From Candidatus Aminicenantes bacterium (GTDB taxonomy: Bacteria > Acidobacteriota > Aminicenantia > Aminicenantales > Saccharicenantaceae): a stretch of 64,000 nt of DNA. The notes under the pieces were generated by a model, which was not told where the DNA came from, searched no databases, and saw only the letters and a program-made list of their open reading frames with translations. The position numbers were made by a program, and so were the translations under genes. Below, piece after piece: positions 49,108 to 59,521 of this stretch. Every line of letters starts with the position of its first letter. Positions within the stretch are counted from its first letter, which is position 1. The stretch spans positions 1,163-65,162 of the forward strand of contig PNJE01000007.1 of assembly GCA_002877915.1 (NCBI GenBank), written 5' to 3'.

Positions 49108-49885
49108 CAGTAGTTAACTCCAAAATTAGATTTTCCAGCTTTTCTAAGGGGATAATTTGTTCGTCTGGTCTGAACCAGGCGAAATATTCTTGGTTGCCTT
49201 TCTGCCCGAGGGTTTCACAGGCAATCAGGTCTTTCAGGGCGAAACCGATGGATTGAGCTCCACTTAGAATCCTTAGCAGAACTTCAGCTTGGACTTTTTT
49301 ATCCCGGACAATTCCTTTTTTCCCGACCTGATTTCGGCCGGCTTCAAATTGAGGTTTTATTAGGACCAGCAAGTCGCCGGCGGTCATTATATTTTTTACT
49401 GCTGGCAGGATTTTTAAAACTGAAATGAAAGAAACATCTATCGTGGTTATGTCCGGTCTTTCAGGTAAATCTTCAGGCAAAAGATAGCGGGCGTTTTTTT
49501 CAATAATCACCAGGCGATTATCCTGGCGGAGTTTCCAGTCGATCTGTTTACAATTAACATCCACAGCATATATTTTTCTGGCTCCAAACTGGAGCAGGCA
49601 ATCACTAAACCCTCCGGTTGAAATTCCAATATCCAGGGCTACCTTGCCAGCTACTTCAATAGAAAAGGTTCTTATGGCCTGCTCTAATTTGGCTCCGGCC
49701 CGGCTGACATAGGGAAATTGGGCTTCAAGTGTTAGCGTCGATTCTTCGGAAACCAAATGTCCGGCTTTGAAGACTGGTTGACCGTTAACCAGGACCTTTC
49801 CGGAAAGGATCAAAGCCTGAGCTTTTTCCCGGCTGGCGGCCAGACCTTTTTTAAGGAGTAACATATCCAGGCGGATTTTTCCCAT
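49085..49885 (-). CDS. tlyA: TlyA-family rRNA 2'-O-methyltransferase (hemolysin A-like), S4 plus FtsJ domains
   Basis: N-terminal RLDMLLLKKGLAASREKAQALI S4 motif and a Rossmann MTase core (ALDIGISTGGFSD). Confidence 0.85.
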   Translation of the reverse strand: MGKIRLDMLLLKKGLAASREKAQALILSGKVLVNGQPVFKAGHLVSEESTLTLEAQFPYVSRAGAKLEQAIRTFSIEVAGKVALDIGISTGGFSDCLLQFGARKIYAVDVNCKQIDWKLRQDNRLVIIEKNARYLLPEDLPERPDITTIDVSFISVLKILPAVKNIMTAGDLLVLIKPQFEAGRNQVGKKGIVRDKKVQAEVLLRILSGAQSIGFALKDLIACETLGQKGNQEYFAWFRPDEQIIPLEKLENLILELTTDGNQKEN

Positions 49886-49898
49886 TCATTCCCTTAGC

Positions 49899-51803
49899 TT
49901 AAGAAATTTTATTTCGATAATAAAATTCTGAAATTTCTTTGACCAGGCTATCAACATCGAGACCCAGGAGCTTTCTGATTTCCTCAGGCCGGCCGGCCGG
50001 ATAAATTTCTGCTGGTAAACCAAAGCTTTTAAATTTTGGCTGAAATATCTCTTTTTTATCAAGGAGCTCCCGGACGGCACTGCCAAAACCACCGTTAACC
50101 ACTCCTTCTTCCAGGGTAAATATTACTCTGGCCTCTCTGGCCAAGGTGATTAACAGTCTTTCATCCAGTGGCCGGGCGAAGCGTGCGTTTATTACTCCTA
50201 AATTGATTCCCTGGGTTTCAAGCTTTTTGGCTATTTCTATGGCCGGGTAAACCATATGGCCGTAAGCTAAAATTATATCTCGGCCTTCCTTCAAAATTTC
50301 AGCCTGTCCCAGGGGGATGTATTTGAATTCTTTATCTATCGGAATTCCATAACCCTTTCCTTTTGGGAAACGGATGGCGGCGGGATGCCCATAACTTAGA
50401 GCAGAATAAACCATATGTCGGAGTTCGTTTTCATCCTTTGGAGCCATCAGGATAATATTTGGGAGGTGGCGAAGATAGGCAATGTCATTTATCCCCTGAT
50501 GGGTCGGACCGTCTTCAGCTACAATTCCTGCTCGGTCCAGGGCAAAAACAACAGGCAAATCCATCAGACAAACCTCATGGAAAACCTGGTCGTAGGCTCG
50601 TTGGAGGAAAGTTGAATAAACAGCCACTACGGGCTTTAACCCTGAAATTGCCAGGCCGGCGGCGAAATTAACTGCATGCTGTTCGGCAATGCCCACATCA
50701 AAAAACCGGTCCGGATGCTCTTCAGCAAACTTATTAAGGCCGGTGCCGTCGGTCATAGCGGCAGTAATAGCCACAATCCGGTCGTCATTCCTGGCTAACT
50801 CAGCTATTGCCTCTCCAAAGGCTCGGGAATAGGAGAGGCCATTTTCCAGGCGAAGGGGTTGGCCGTTGCTGATATTGAAAGGAGAGGCACTATGAAATCT
50901 CTCCGGCTCCATCTGGGCTGGCAGGTAACCTTTGCCCTTCTGGGTGACACAATGAATCAGAATTGGTCCCGGGTAGTTTTTGGCATTTTGAAAAGCTTCA
51001 ATCAAACTGTAAATGCTGTGGCCATGAATTGGACCAACATAACGTATTCCTAACTCTTCAAAGAAAATTCCAGGGAAAAAAGTCTTTTTCACTAGGTCCT
51101 CAAGAGATCGGGCTGCCCTGATAAGTGGCCATCCCACCTTGGGTATCGAGCGGAGGACCGATTTGGCCTGTTCTTTCATCCGGAGATAAGGCTGTCCGGA
51201 GACCAGATAAGATAGATACCGGGAAAGGGCTCCGACATTAGCGGAAATGCTCATTTCGTTATAGTTGAGAACAATTATCAGCTTTTGTCTAAGATGTCCT
51301 ATCTGGTTTAAAGCTTCATAAGCCACTCCTCCGGTCAGACTGCCATCTCCGATTACCGCGATCACATTATAGTCTTCTTTCTTTTTATCTCTGGCTACGA
51401 CCAGCCCGAGGGCGGCAGATAAAGCGGTGGAAGCGTGGCCAGTATTATAAATATCATGTTCACTTTCTTCTCGAGAGGGATAACCAAGTAACCCCCCGAA
51501 CTGGCGCAAGCGAGAAAATTCCTTCTGGCGGCCGGTAATCAATTTGTGAGTGTAACATTGATGACCTACGTCCCAGATAATTTTGTCCTGCGGAGAATTG
51601 AAAACATAGTGAAGAGCCAGAGTAAGTTCGACCGCTCCTAAGTTAGAGGCCAGATGGCCGCCCGTCTTGGAGACCGTTTCTATGATTTTAACCCGAATTT
51701 CATTGGCTAACTGATGCAGATCGGCCAAGGAAAGTCGTTTTAAATCCTGAGGGGAATTGATCTTAGGAAGCAATTTTTCTTTTTCCATTTTTTTACCAGA
51801 CAT
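49899..51803 (-). CDS. dxs: 1-deoxy-D-xylulose-5-phosphate synthase
   Basis: TPP motif GDGSLTGGVAYEALN; transketolase-like domains; 634 aa. Confidence 0.95.
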   Translation of the reverse strand: MSGKKMEKEKLLPKINSPQDLKRLSLADLHQLANEIRVKIIETVSKTGGHLASNLGAVELTLALHYVFNSPQDKIIWDVGHQCYTHKLITGRQKEFSRLRQFGGLLGYPSREESEHDIYNTGHASTALSAALGLVVARDKKKEDYNVIAVIGDGSLTGGVAYEALNQIGHLRQKLIIVLNYNEMSISANVGALSRYLSYLVSGQPYLRMKEQAKSVLRSIPKVGWPLIRAARSLEDLVKKTFFPGIFFEELGIRYVGPIHGHSIYSLIEAFQNAKNYPGPILIHCVTQKGKGYLPAQMEPERFHSASPFNISNGQPLRLENGLSYSRAFGEAIAELARNDDRIVAITAAMTDGTGLNKFAEEHPDRFFDVGIAEQHAVNFAAGLAISGLKPVVAVYSTFLQRAYDQVFHEVCLMDLPVVFALDRAGIVAEDGPTHQGINDIAYLRHLPNIILMAPKDENELRHMVYSALSYGHPAAIRFPKGKGYGIPIDKEFKYIPLGQAEILKEGRDIILAYGHMVYPAIEIAKKLETQGINLGVINARFARPLDERLLITLAREARVIFTLEEGVVNGGFGSAVRELLDKKEIFQPKFKSFGLPAEIYPAGRPEEIRKLLGLDVDSLVKEISEFYYRNKIS

Positions 51804-51808
51804 CTAAG

Positions 51809-52663
51809 TTACTCAAATTTAAGTTGGTCAGCAAAATACTCCAGGAGATTAGAATTTATCCCGGCCGATTTTAAAGACCGGCGGGCTTTTTCTCGGAGTT
51901 CGCTCAATAACTTTGAAGCTTTATCCTTCCCTAGGTATTGAGCCAGGTTAGGTCGAAAGAAGTCGGGTTGAGGCTTGTCCAGGCCAAGATCTTGTAGATC
52001 GTCCCATAATTGAAAGGCCAGCCCTAGATAAGTTCCATATTGTTCAAGGGAATTCAAAGCGGGTAGACCAGCACCGGCCAGCCTGGCTCCAATTAGGGCA
52101 GAAACCCTAATCAGGTTAGCAGTCTTTTTTAAAGCAATTTCCTGGTAATCAGTCTGATTGGCTTTCTGGGGATTAAAAGTAATATCTCGCCATTGTCCCT
52201 CAATCATTCCGGAAGGCCCGATAGCTCGAGCCAATTCACCGATGATTAAACTTTTAATCTGGGGGCCTGACTCGGGAAGAGGGGAATTAGCTATTACTTC
52301 AAAGGCTAAGGAGAGTAAGGCATCGCCGGCCAGAAGAGCCAGGGCTTCACCGAATTTTTTATGACAGGAGGGCTTACCTCGGCGGAAATCATCGTTATCC
52401 ATCATCGGTAGGTCATCATGGATTAAAGAATAGCTGTGAATAAATTCTATCGAGCAAGCATAGGGCATTAAAAGGTCCTCGGTGGCGCCAAAATATTCTC
52501 CACTGGATATTAACAGAAGCGGCCGAAAACGCTTGCCGCCATTTAGGACGGCATAGCGCATGGCCTCATAAACGGGTGAAGAGCCCTCATCAAGAAATAG
52601 AGATAGAGCCCGGTCAATATTTTTTTTCTTCCGGATTAAATATTCCTTGGCGTCCATCGGCAA
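51809..52663 (-). CDS. ispA: Farnesyl/geranyl diphosphate synthase
   Basis: First DDxxD (LIHDDLPMMDNDD) and second DDLQD aspartate-rich motifs. Confidence 0.85.
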   Translation of the reverse strand: MPMDAKEYLIRKKKNIDRALSLFLDEGSSPVYEAMRYAVLNGGKRFRPLLLISSGEYFGATEDLLMPYACSIEFIHSYSLIHDDLPMMDNDDFRRGKPSCHKKFGEALALLAGDALLSLAFEVIANSPLPESGPQIKSLIIGELARAIGPSGMIEGQWRDITFNPQKANQTDYQEIALKKTANLIRVSALIGARLAGAGLPALNSLEQYGTYLGLAFQLWDDLQDLGLDKPQPDFFRPNLAQYLGKDKASKLLSELREKARRSLKSAGINSNLLEYFADQLKFE

Positions 52664-52681
52664 TTCGGTCCGATTTAAATT

Positions 52682-52972
52682 TTATTTTTCTTCTTCTGGT
52701 TCTTCTCCGGCTTCTTCCAGCGAAGAAGAGCTAATTTCTTCGGGATTAAAGTCCTGGGCCTTAAGTTCTCCCTTTTCGTCCTTCAACAGGATTTCTACTT
52801 TTTTCTCAGCCTTATCCAGTTCTGCCCGGAGGTATCTGGCAAGGCGCACCCCTTTTTCAAACAGGGCTAATGATTCATTAAGAGCCAGTCCACCTTTTTC
52901 CAATTGAGTGACGATTTGCTCGAGTTCGGCCAGGGCCTTCTCAAAATTCATCTCCTTATTTTTGCTGTTCAT
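52682..52972 (-). CDS. xseB: Exodeoxyribonuclease VII small subunit (with an acidic C-terminal tail)
   Basis: [27 protein letters not shown]...C matches the XseB family. It overlaps xseA by 4 nt. Confidence 0.8.
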   Translation of the reverse strand: MNSKNKEMNFEKALAELEQIVTQLEKGGLALNESLALFEKGVRLARYLRAELDKAEKKVEILLKDEKGELKAQDFNPEEISSSSLEEAGEEPEEEK

Positions 52973-54357
52973 TCTGTCTCCTTAATGAATTTTGATTCTA
53001 TCTTAATTTTAGGATTTATTGATTTTACCTGGCAACTTAATTCGCCTCGATAAAAAGAGACAATCACCTCTTCACCTGGCTCGACCTCTTTCACTTTCTG
53101 CACCGGAAGCAAACCGCCAGCTTTCCAGCAAATAGTATAGCCTTTTTTGATAATATTCAGGGGAGAAAGATTATTCAGGGAAGAGGTCAAATTCTTCCAG
53201 GTGGAATTAAAATTCTGAAGCTTAATCTGAAAGTCATGATTCATTTGTTGAATGAAAAATTGTAAGCGGGATTTCGATTCGGAGATCATCTGTTTTTCCC
53301 CTCGCAGAACTTTCCAGGCTCTCATTCCGAAGTCATCAAGTCGCTGTTCAAGATTTAAAAGACGGATTTTAAAGTTCTGGAAAATTCTCTGCTCCGTGAG
53401 ATAGGCTACCTGTCTTTTTTTACCTTCCAATTCGAATTTAAAGCTCTGGACAAGATGCCGGATTAAATTGTCAATTTTATCTCTGAATTCTTCTTCTCTG
53501 GCGACCACCATTTCAGCGGCCGCTGAAGGCGTCGAGGCTCTGATATCAGCTACGAAATCGGCAATGGTGAAATCGATCTCGTGACCGACAGCTGAGATAA
53601 CCGGCTTGGTCTTCATACAATTAAATATCGCCCGGGCAACCACTTCTTCATTAAAGGCCCAGAGGTCTTCAATCGAACCCCCTCCCCGGCCGACGATGAC
53701 TACGTCTATATCTGGTTGGCGGCTAAAATAGTCCAGACCGGAAGCTATCTGTTCGGCGGCTCCCTCTCCTTGGACCAGACACGGATAAATAACAATATGA
53801 AGGCGGTTAAAACGCCTTTCCAGGATGCGCAGAATATCTCTGATGGCGGCGCCGGTAGGCGAGGTGACAATGCCGATTTTTTTGGGCAAAAGGGGCAATT
53901 TTTTCTTGTATTTTTGATCGAATAGCCCTTCGGCTTTTAGTTTTTCTTTCAGTTGCTCAAAGGCTAATTGCAGAGCCCCCTTTCCCCGGGGATAGATCTT
54001 TTCGACTACTAATTGATACTCTCCCCGGGCTTCATACACGGTAATTCTTCCCCCACAGATGACCTTCATTCCGTCTTTTATTTCCAGTTTGGGCTGGAAA
54101 GAATTCTTCCTGATTTCAGTCTGGATTGAGTTGAAATTTGATTTGAATAAAACGGCCCGCAACTGGGCCTGCTCGTCTTTTAGGGTGAAGTAATAGTGGC
54201 CAGAGCCGGCTAGGCGGAGATTAGAAATTTCGCCTTCTACGAAAATCGGAAAGGGCAGAGCCCCTTCCAGAATTTCCCGAATAAGGTTGGTGAGCTCGCT
54301 CACCGAAATGGGCTTATCTGGGGTAGTCAAAAATTCATTCTTCACTTTTTTCCTCAA
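52969..54357 (-). CDS. xseA: Exodeoxyribonuclease VII large subunit
   Basis: N-terminal OB fold (ISVSELT..I...LE...P...V.GEISN) and a catalytic core GRGGGS.EDLW.FN; 462 aa. Confidence 0.85.
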   Translation of the reverse strand: MRKKVKNEFLTTPDKPISVSELTNLIREILEGALPFPIFVEGEISNLRLAGSGHYYFTLKDEQAQLRAVLFKSNFNSIQTEIRKNSFQPKLEIKDGMKVICGGRITVYEARGEYQLVVEKIYPRGKGALQLAFEQLKEKLKAEGLFDQKYKKKLPLLPKKIGIVTSPTGAAIRDILRILERRFNRLHIVIYPCLVQGEGAAEQIASGLDYFSRQPDIDVVIVGRGGGSIEDLWAFNEEVVARAIFNCMKTKPVISAVGHEIDFTIADFVADIRASTPSAAAEMVVAREEEFRDKIDNLIRHLVQSFKFELEGKKRQVAYLTEQRIFQNFKIRLLNLEQRLDDFGMRAWKVLRGEKQMISESKSRLQFFIQQMNHDFQIKLQNFNSTWKNLTSSLNNLSPLNIIKKGYTICWKAGGLLPVQKVKEVEPGEEVIVSFYRGELSCQVKSINPKIKIESKFIKETE

Positions 54358-55138
54358 TCATTGTTTCCCTTTTTATCGATAGAGCTTTCCCGCTGGATGG
54401 ATCAATGGAAATAAAAACGGCGTTGAGAAGAAGTCCTTCGGTGGCTGGCTCAAATCTTTGCGGTCGGGAAGTAAGAAATCTCTGGAGTGCCTGTTCTGGC
54501 TTCATTCCGATTACAGAATTCAAGCCCCCAGCCATACCGACATCAGTTAAAAAGGCTGTTCCCCCGGGAAGGATTCTTTCATCAGCAGTTGCCGTATGGG
54601 TATGTGTCCCAATAACCGCTGAAACCCGGCCATTCAAATACCACCCGAGGGCCTGCTTTTCAGAAGTAGCCTCTGCATGGAAATCTATTATTACTATTGG
54701 CGTTATGGCTAAAATCTTTTCCAGCTCTCGGTCTGCCTGGCGGAATGGGCATTCAATTGGTTCCATGAAAACCCGACCCTGCAGGTTAAGGACAGCAGCT
54801 TTGATTCCGTTTTCATTCCGGTAAATATAATAGCCGTGTCCAGGATTTCCAGCTGGATAATTAGCCGGCCGCAGTAGCCGCGGTTCTTTTTCTAAATAAT
54901 TAAGGACTTCCTTTTTATCCCAGATATGATTGCCAGAAGTTAGAACATCCACCTGGAAAAATAGCTCTTTCCCAATTTCTTCAGTCAGCCCATTGCCGCC
55001 AGCAGCATTTTCGGCGTTAGCCACGATTAGCTCCGGTTGATATTTTTTCTTTAGCTCGGGCAAAAACTGGGCTAAAGCCCGTCGCCCGGGCCGTCCGATT
55101 AAATCCCCGATAAATAGTATTCCAAATTTATCTGGCAT
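54335..55138 (-). CDS. ymdB: YmdB-like metallophosphoesterase (2',3'-cyclic-nucleotide phosphodiesterase)
   Basis: [13 protein letters not shown]...[10 protein letters not shown] calcineurin-like motifs. Its position downstream of rny matches Bacillus. Confidence 0.85.
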   Translation of the reverse strand: MPDKFGILFIGDLIGRPGRRALAQFLPELKKKYQPELIVANAENAAGGNGLTEEIGKELFFQVDVLTSGNHIWDKKEVLNYLEKEPRLLRPANYPAGNPGHGYYIYRNENGIKAAVLNLQGRVFMEPIECPFRQADRELEKILAITPIVIIDFHAEATSEKQALGWYLNGRVSAVIGTHTHTATADERILPGGTAFLTDVGMAGGLNSVIGMKPEQALQRFLTSRPQRFEPATEGLLLNAVFISIDPSSGKALSIKRETMIEEKSEE

Positions 55139-56693
55139 ACTCCACCGCCCTCATTTCTCTTATAACGGTCACCTTTATCTGCCCGGGGTAATCTAATTCA
55201 TCTTTAATTTTCTGAGCAATGTCCCTGGCAATAAGAGCGGCTCGGTCGTCAGAAACCTTGGTGGCATCAACGATAATCCTGATTTCTCTTCCAGCCTGGA
55301 GAGCAAACGCTTTAGCCACTCCTTCAAATGAAGCGGCGATCTGCTCCAGTTTTTCCAGCCTCTGGATGTAGGTTTCCAGAAGCTCGCGCCTGGCTCCCGG
55401 CCTGGCAGCCGATAAGGTATCAGCTGCCTGAACCAACACAGCTTCAACTGAGGGGAAATCTATATCTCTATGGTGAGAAGCAATCGCCTGAACTACAGCT
55501 TCGGATTCTCCGTACTTTTTGGTAAGCTCTACCGAAAGCTCCGTATGAGTTCCCTCGTAATCTTTATCTACGGCTTTTCCTATATCATGCAGGAGGCCGG
55601 CCCGCAGAGAAACATTTACATCCACCCCCAGCTCCCTGGCCATCAGGGCAGCCAATAGAGCGACTTCCTTGGAATGCTGGAGGACATTCTGCCCATAACT
55701 GGTGCGGTATTTTAGCTTGCCCAGGTATTTGACCAGCTCCGGATGCATATTTTGTATTCCAAGCTCTAAAAGGGTATTTTCACCTTCCTGCTTGATTTTT
55801 TCTTCCAGTTCTACTTTGACCTGTTCTACAATATCTTCAATTCTGGCCGGGTGAATGCGGCCATCAGCTACCAGTTTTTCAATGGCCATTCTGGCCAGCT
55901 CCCGCCTCAGAGGGTCAAAGCTCGAAAGAATAACCGCTTCCGGGGTATCATCAACGATGATATCAACTCCAGTAGCCATCTCGAGAGCTCTGATATTTCT
56001 TCCTTCCCGCCCGATGATTCGGCCTTTCATATCATCAGAAGGTAGATCAACGACCGAGACCGTCGTCTCCACTACATGTTCAGCTGCCGAACGCTGAATG
56101 GCATTAGCAATTATTTCCCGGGCTAAGGCTTTTCCTTTTTCCTTGGCTTCCTCTTCTATTTTCCTGACTGTTTGGACAGCCTGGAGTTTGGCTTCATCCT
56201 CAATTTTGCGAATCAAGGCGTTCTTGGCTTCTTCCTGGGTCAGGCCAGCGATTCTTTCCAGCTCAGCTACCTGCTTCTGAAGGGTTTCATTAATTTTCTG
56301 CTCCAGAAGTTCCAGCTCTTTTTCCTTGGAGAAGACTCGCCGTTCTTTAACCGATAGATCCTTTTCTTTCCGTTCTAAGCTTTGATAACGACGTTCTAAG
56401 GCTTCTTCTTTATGAATCAGGCGTCTTTCCAGTTCGGTCAGTTTGCGCCTTTTTTCCCGGGTTTGAGCTTCGAACTCAGCCTGCCGGGCAGCGTCCTTTT
56501 CCTTGGCTTCTAATTCTGCTTGTTTTTTTATCTTTTCTGCTTCTTCGGCCGCCTGGGTTAGGATTTCCTTAGCCTTCTCTTCTGCTCTAAGGATTCCCTT
56601 TAGGCCGCGACTTCTTTTTAGAAAGATGAAAAGAAAAAAGATAAGAATTACAGATAAAACGGGAACTCCCGCCACTAATATGGTCTTCATCAT
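55128..56693 (-). CDS. rny: Ribonuclease Y
   Basis: N-terminal TM, a long coiled-coil, KH, then an HD domain (HS.EVA.LA......LHDIGK). RBS AGGAGG sits 6 nt upstream. Confidence 0.9.
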   Translation of the reverse strand: MMKTILVAGVPVLSVILIFFLFIFLKRSRGLKGILRAEEKAKEILTQAAEEAEKIKKQAELEAKEKDAARQAEFEAQTREKRRKLTELERRLIHKEEALERRYQSLERKEKDLSVKERRVFSKEKELELLEQKINETLQKQVAELERIAGLTQEEAKNALIRKIEDEAKLQAVQTVRKIEEEAKEKGKALAREIIANAIQRSAAEHVVETTVSVVDLPSDDMKGRIIGREGRNIRALEMATGVDIIVDDTPEAVILSSFDPLRRELARMAIEKLVADGRIHPARIEDIVEQVKVELEEKIKQEGENTLLELGIQNMHPELVKYLGKLKYRTSYGQNVLQHSKEVALLAALMARELGVDVNVSLRAGLLHDIGKAVDKDYEGTHTELSVELTKKYGESEAVVQAIASHHRDIDFPSVEAVLVQAADTLSAARPGARRELLETYIQRLEKLEQIAASFEGVAKAFALQAGREIRIIVDATKVSDDRAALIARDIAQKIKDELDYPGQIKVTVIREMRAVEYAR

Positions 56694-56772
56694 CTAAACC
56701 TCCTATCGGACCGGCGGGTCAAAGAAGTAGAAGGAGGTCAGGCTTTTACCCTGGCAAATTATCTGTTCGGTT

Positions 56773-56889
56773 CCCCTTAATCTTGAAAGCTGGTGAGATG
56801 AAATAAATCTCGCCTGCTTCTAGGCTAATGTTCCAATAGTTAAATCTATAGAAAGAATTAAAATCTAATTCTTCTATTGAATTAAGGGG
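56773..56889 (-). ncRNA. 117-nt structured intergenic element between zapA and rny: a 9-bp closing helix enclosing three hairpins; candidate cis-regulatory leader or small RNA
   Basis: CCCCTTAAT (56773-81) pairs with ATTAAGGGG (56881-89, overlapping the zapA stop). It encloses GAGAT-n7-ATCTC (56795-811), GCCT-n6-AGGC (56812-25), and the 13-bp imperfect ATAGAAAGAATTA-aaatc-TAATTCTTCTATT (56848-78). Strand is assigned from operon context only. Confidence 0.3.
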
Positions 56890-57211
56890 TAAGTTTTTCC
56901 AGAGTTTCCAAATTAGCTTCATTTTTTCTAACCTGATCCTCAATTTGAGCCAGCTCATTTTCCAGACGATTTAAGGCTTCTCTCAACTCCTCAATCCTTC
57001 TTTCGGAGATAAATAATTCGTCGGCAATATTCAAGGCGGCCAACACGGCGATTTTAGCCAAGTCCGACGACCTTGATTTTACTGCCACTTCTTGCATTTT
57101 TTGGTCAACATAAGAAGTTAGCTGGCTAATATACCTTTCGTCTTCTTCTCCTTTGACGCAGATCCTGTATTTATTTCCAAAAATTTCAATTTCCAGAATT
57201 TTTTCGCTCAT
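56882..57211 (-). CDS. zapA: Cell division protein ZapA
   Basis: 109 aa; N-terminal ..I.I.G..Y.I......E ZapA pattern plus a C-terminal coiled-coil. Confidence 0.7.
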   Translation of the reverse strand: MSEKILEIEIFGNKYRICVKGEEDERYISQLTSYVDQKMQEVAVKSRSSDLAKIAVLAALNIADELFISERRIEELREALNRLENELAQIEDQVRKNEANLETLEKLTP

Positions 57212-57468
57212 ATCCCCAGCTTTTCCATCTGGGCGATTAGCTCTTCAATTCGACTTCTAACTGCTTCCCTTTCCTCTTGAGCTTTTTTCAATTCCTCTTC
57301 CAGAAAAGCAAGTTTTTTTACCTTCTCTTCTAATTCCTTTTTTTCCGATTTGAGCTGCTTAAGATCGTCCTTTAACCGGGCATTTTCTGACGATAAACGG
57401 GAAAAATGCTCGACAATCTGAGATATCTTGCCCTCAAGTATTTTAATCCGCTCAAGCTCGGTTGTCAA
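57208..57468 (-). CDS. Small coiled-coil protein (ZapB-like / cell-division coiled-coil), TTG start
   Basis: 86 aa, entirely heptad coiled-coil (LKDDLKQLKSEKKELEEKVKKL...). It overlaps the zapA start (ATGA). RBS AAGGAGG sits 5 nt before the TTG. Confidence 0.4.
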   Translation of the reverse strand: MTTELERIKILEGKISQIVEHFSRLSSENARLKDDLKQLKSEKKELEEKVKKLAFLEEELKKAQEEREAVRSRIEELIAQMEKLGI

Positions 57469-57478
57469 TTTAGCCTCC

Positions 57479-59521
57479 TTATCTCAGCTGAATCTTAACA
57501 AATGTTTTCAACTGAGAGATTATATCCTGCATCAGTTGGTCAACTTCTTCAGTTTGGAGCGTCCTCGACTGATGCCGGAAAAAGAAGCGCACCGAGAAAC
57601 TAATTTTTCCCGGGGGCAGGGATTCACCCTTGAAACGGTCATAAACGACGAAGCTTTCAAGGTTGGGAACGTTTAATTTTTGTAACTGTTTCCAGAGCTC
57701 CTGGTAGGAAAGGCCTTCTTCCACCAGGAAAGAAAGGTCTCGGCTTACCCTAGGGAATTTTGGGATAGGCTTAAAGACAAAGGGTTTTGGTTGTTTTTCC
57801 AGCAGTTCTTCGAGGTAGATCTCTGCCCCGAAAGCCGGCTTCTCCAGTTCATAGGCGCCGATAATATCTGATTTCAGCCTTCCAAGGTAGCCAATAAGAT
57901 CATTCTTGAGTAGAATTTTTAAGGCCTGGCCAGGTTCGAAAAAGGGATGATCGCCAGGTTCAAAAGACAGGGAATCGAGCCCTAAATAGATTATCAGGTC
58001 CTCCACCACTCCTTTGAGAATAAAAAAATCAGTTTCTTTTCCTGGCTCATTCCAAGCTGGCGAAGGCCAAATTCCAGAAGTTAATATACCCAAATTTAGG
58101 ATCTCTCGTGGGCTTTCCTCTTCATCCCAGAAATAAATCTTTCCCGTCTCAAAAATATGGACTCCTTCCGCTTCTCGATTGAAATTCCAGACGGTGTTTT
58201 CAACCAGCCCGGGCAGCAATGAGGTTCGGAGAATGGAAGCCCGGGAAGATATCGGGTTTTGCAGATGGATAGCCTGGTGTCCGGTCTGCCAGAGGCTTTC
58301 TTTTTCTGGATCAGCAAAACTGAAATTAATTACCTCGTTAAAGCCGTGATGGAATAAAACTTCTTTCAAGCTCCAGATTTTTTCTTTTTTAAAATCAGAA
58401 GGCAACTCAAAATGTTTAACGGGGGTAACCTCACTGGGAATTCGGTCGTAGCCATAGAATCTGGCCACTTCTTCAATTAAATCGGCTTCCCTTTCTAAAT
58501 CTACCCGGAAGCTGGGGATTTCAGCTATCCAGACATTCTCTTTCTGCTCTTTGAGTTTTAAACCCAACCCGTTAAGAGTCCGGACAACAAAATCGGCTGG
58601 AATTTCGACTCCCAGGAGTTCGGCTATTCTCTGGAGCCGAAGAGTGACGGTTCGGGATTTTTTTTGATTTGGATAAATATCAAGCAAGCCTCTGGCCGCC
58701 CGGCCGCCGAAACGATTCAGAAGAGAAGCAGCCATGATAGCGGCTTGCGGGGCACTATTAATATCAACATTTCGTTCAAAGCGATAAGAAGCCTCAGTGC
58801 TCAATCCGAGTTTTTTTGCTGTTAGGCGAATTGAAACTGGATCAAAATTAGCACTTTCAATGAATATATCCCTGGTTTCTTCGGTGATTCCAGAATCCTC
58901 TCCTCCAATTATTCCGGCAATGGCGACTGGTCTGGATTCATCGGCGATGACCAGCATTTCTGATTCCAGTTTTATTAAGCTTCCTTCCAGAGTCCGAATA
59001 GTTTCGTCTTTAAAGGCTTTTCGGACTATAATTCTGGAACCGCGGATTTTATTCAGGTCAAAAGTGTGGATAGGCTGTCCCAAGGCAAAGCAAACATAAT
59101 TGCTGATATCGACCACGTTATTAATTGACCTCAAGCCAACGGCTTCAATTCTTTTTTTAAGCCAGTCAGGTGAGGGGCCAACTTTTACTCCTTTTACTAC
59201 CAACCCGCAATATCTTGGGCACAGATGGCTGTCCATAACCTGGATATCAATAAAATCGCTGGTAGGTTGGTCAATCTCGGTCAAGGGCCAATTTTGGATC
59301 TTAAGGGGAATCCCGAGCAGGGCGGCTATCTCCCGGGCTACTCCGAGGTGGCCGAGAGTATCAGGGCGGTTAGCATAAGTTTCGATATCGTAGATGGTAT
59401 CGCCTTCTATTTCTTCTACTGATTCGACCATTAATCCTATTTGATTCAAATATTCGGCTAATTGCCGGGGAGTTATGGTCAGATCGATAAATTCTTTAAG
59501 CCAATCATAAGATATTTTCAT
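57479..59521 (-). CDS. pheT: Phenylalanine--tRNA ligase beta subunit (short form lacking the N-terminal tRNA-binding domain)
   Basis: 680 aa. The N-terminal [11 protein letters not shown] helix runs directly into the B3/B4 region ([25 protein letters not shown]). The C-terminal FDX-ACB domain is present. Confidence 0.9.
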   Translation of the reverse strand: MKISYDWLKEFIDLTITPRQLAEYLNQIGLMVESVEEIEGDTIYDIETYANRPDTLGHLGVAREIAALLGIPLKIQNWPLTEIDQPTSDFIDIQVMDSHLCPRYCGLVVKGVKVGPSPDWLKKRIEAVGLRSINNVVDISNYVCFALGQPIHTFDLNKIRGSRIIVRKAFKDETIRTLEGSLIKLESEMLVIADESRPVAIAGIIGGEDSGITEETRDIFIESANFDPVSIRLTAKKLGLSTEASYRFERNVDINSAPQAAIMAASLLNRFGGRAARGLLDIYPNQKKSRTVTLRLQRIAELLGVEIPADFVVRTLNGLGLKLKEQKENVWIAEIPSFRVDLEREADLIEEVARFYGYDRIPSEVTPVKHFELPSDFKKEKIWSLKEVLFHHGFNEVINFSFADPEKESLWQTGHQAIHLQNPISSRASILRTSLLPGLVENTVWNFNREAEGVHIFETGKIYFWDEEESPREILNLGILTSGIWPSPAWNEPGKETDFFILKGVVEDLIIYLGLDSLSFEPGDHPFFEPGQALKILLKNDLIGYLGRLKSDIIGAYELEKPAFGAEIYLEELLEKQPKPFVFKPIPKFPRVSRDLSFLVEEGLSYQELWKQLQKLNVPNLESFVVYDRFKGESLPPGKISFSVRFFFRHQSRTLQTEEVDQLMQDIISQLKTFVKIQLR

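Noticed and set aside
49886-50092. 68-aa minus-strand ORF overlapping the 3' end of dxs in another frame
   Set aside because: It is fully embedded in the dxs coding sequence. The dxs-tlyA junction is already tight, with a 13-nt gap.
56746-56958. 70-aa ORF spanning the zapA-rny spacer and the zapA 3' end
   Set aside because: It overlaps zapA out of frame. Its sequence is low-complexity (KLW/KNL repeats). The region is better explained as a structured non-coding element.
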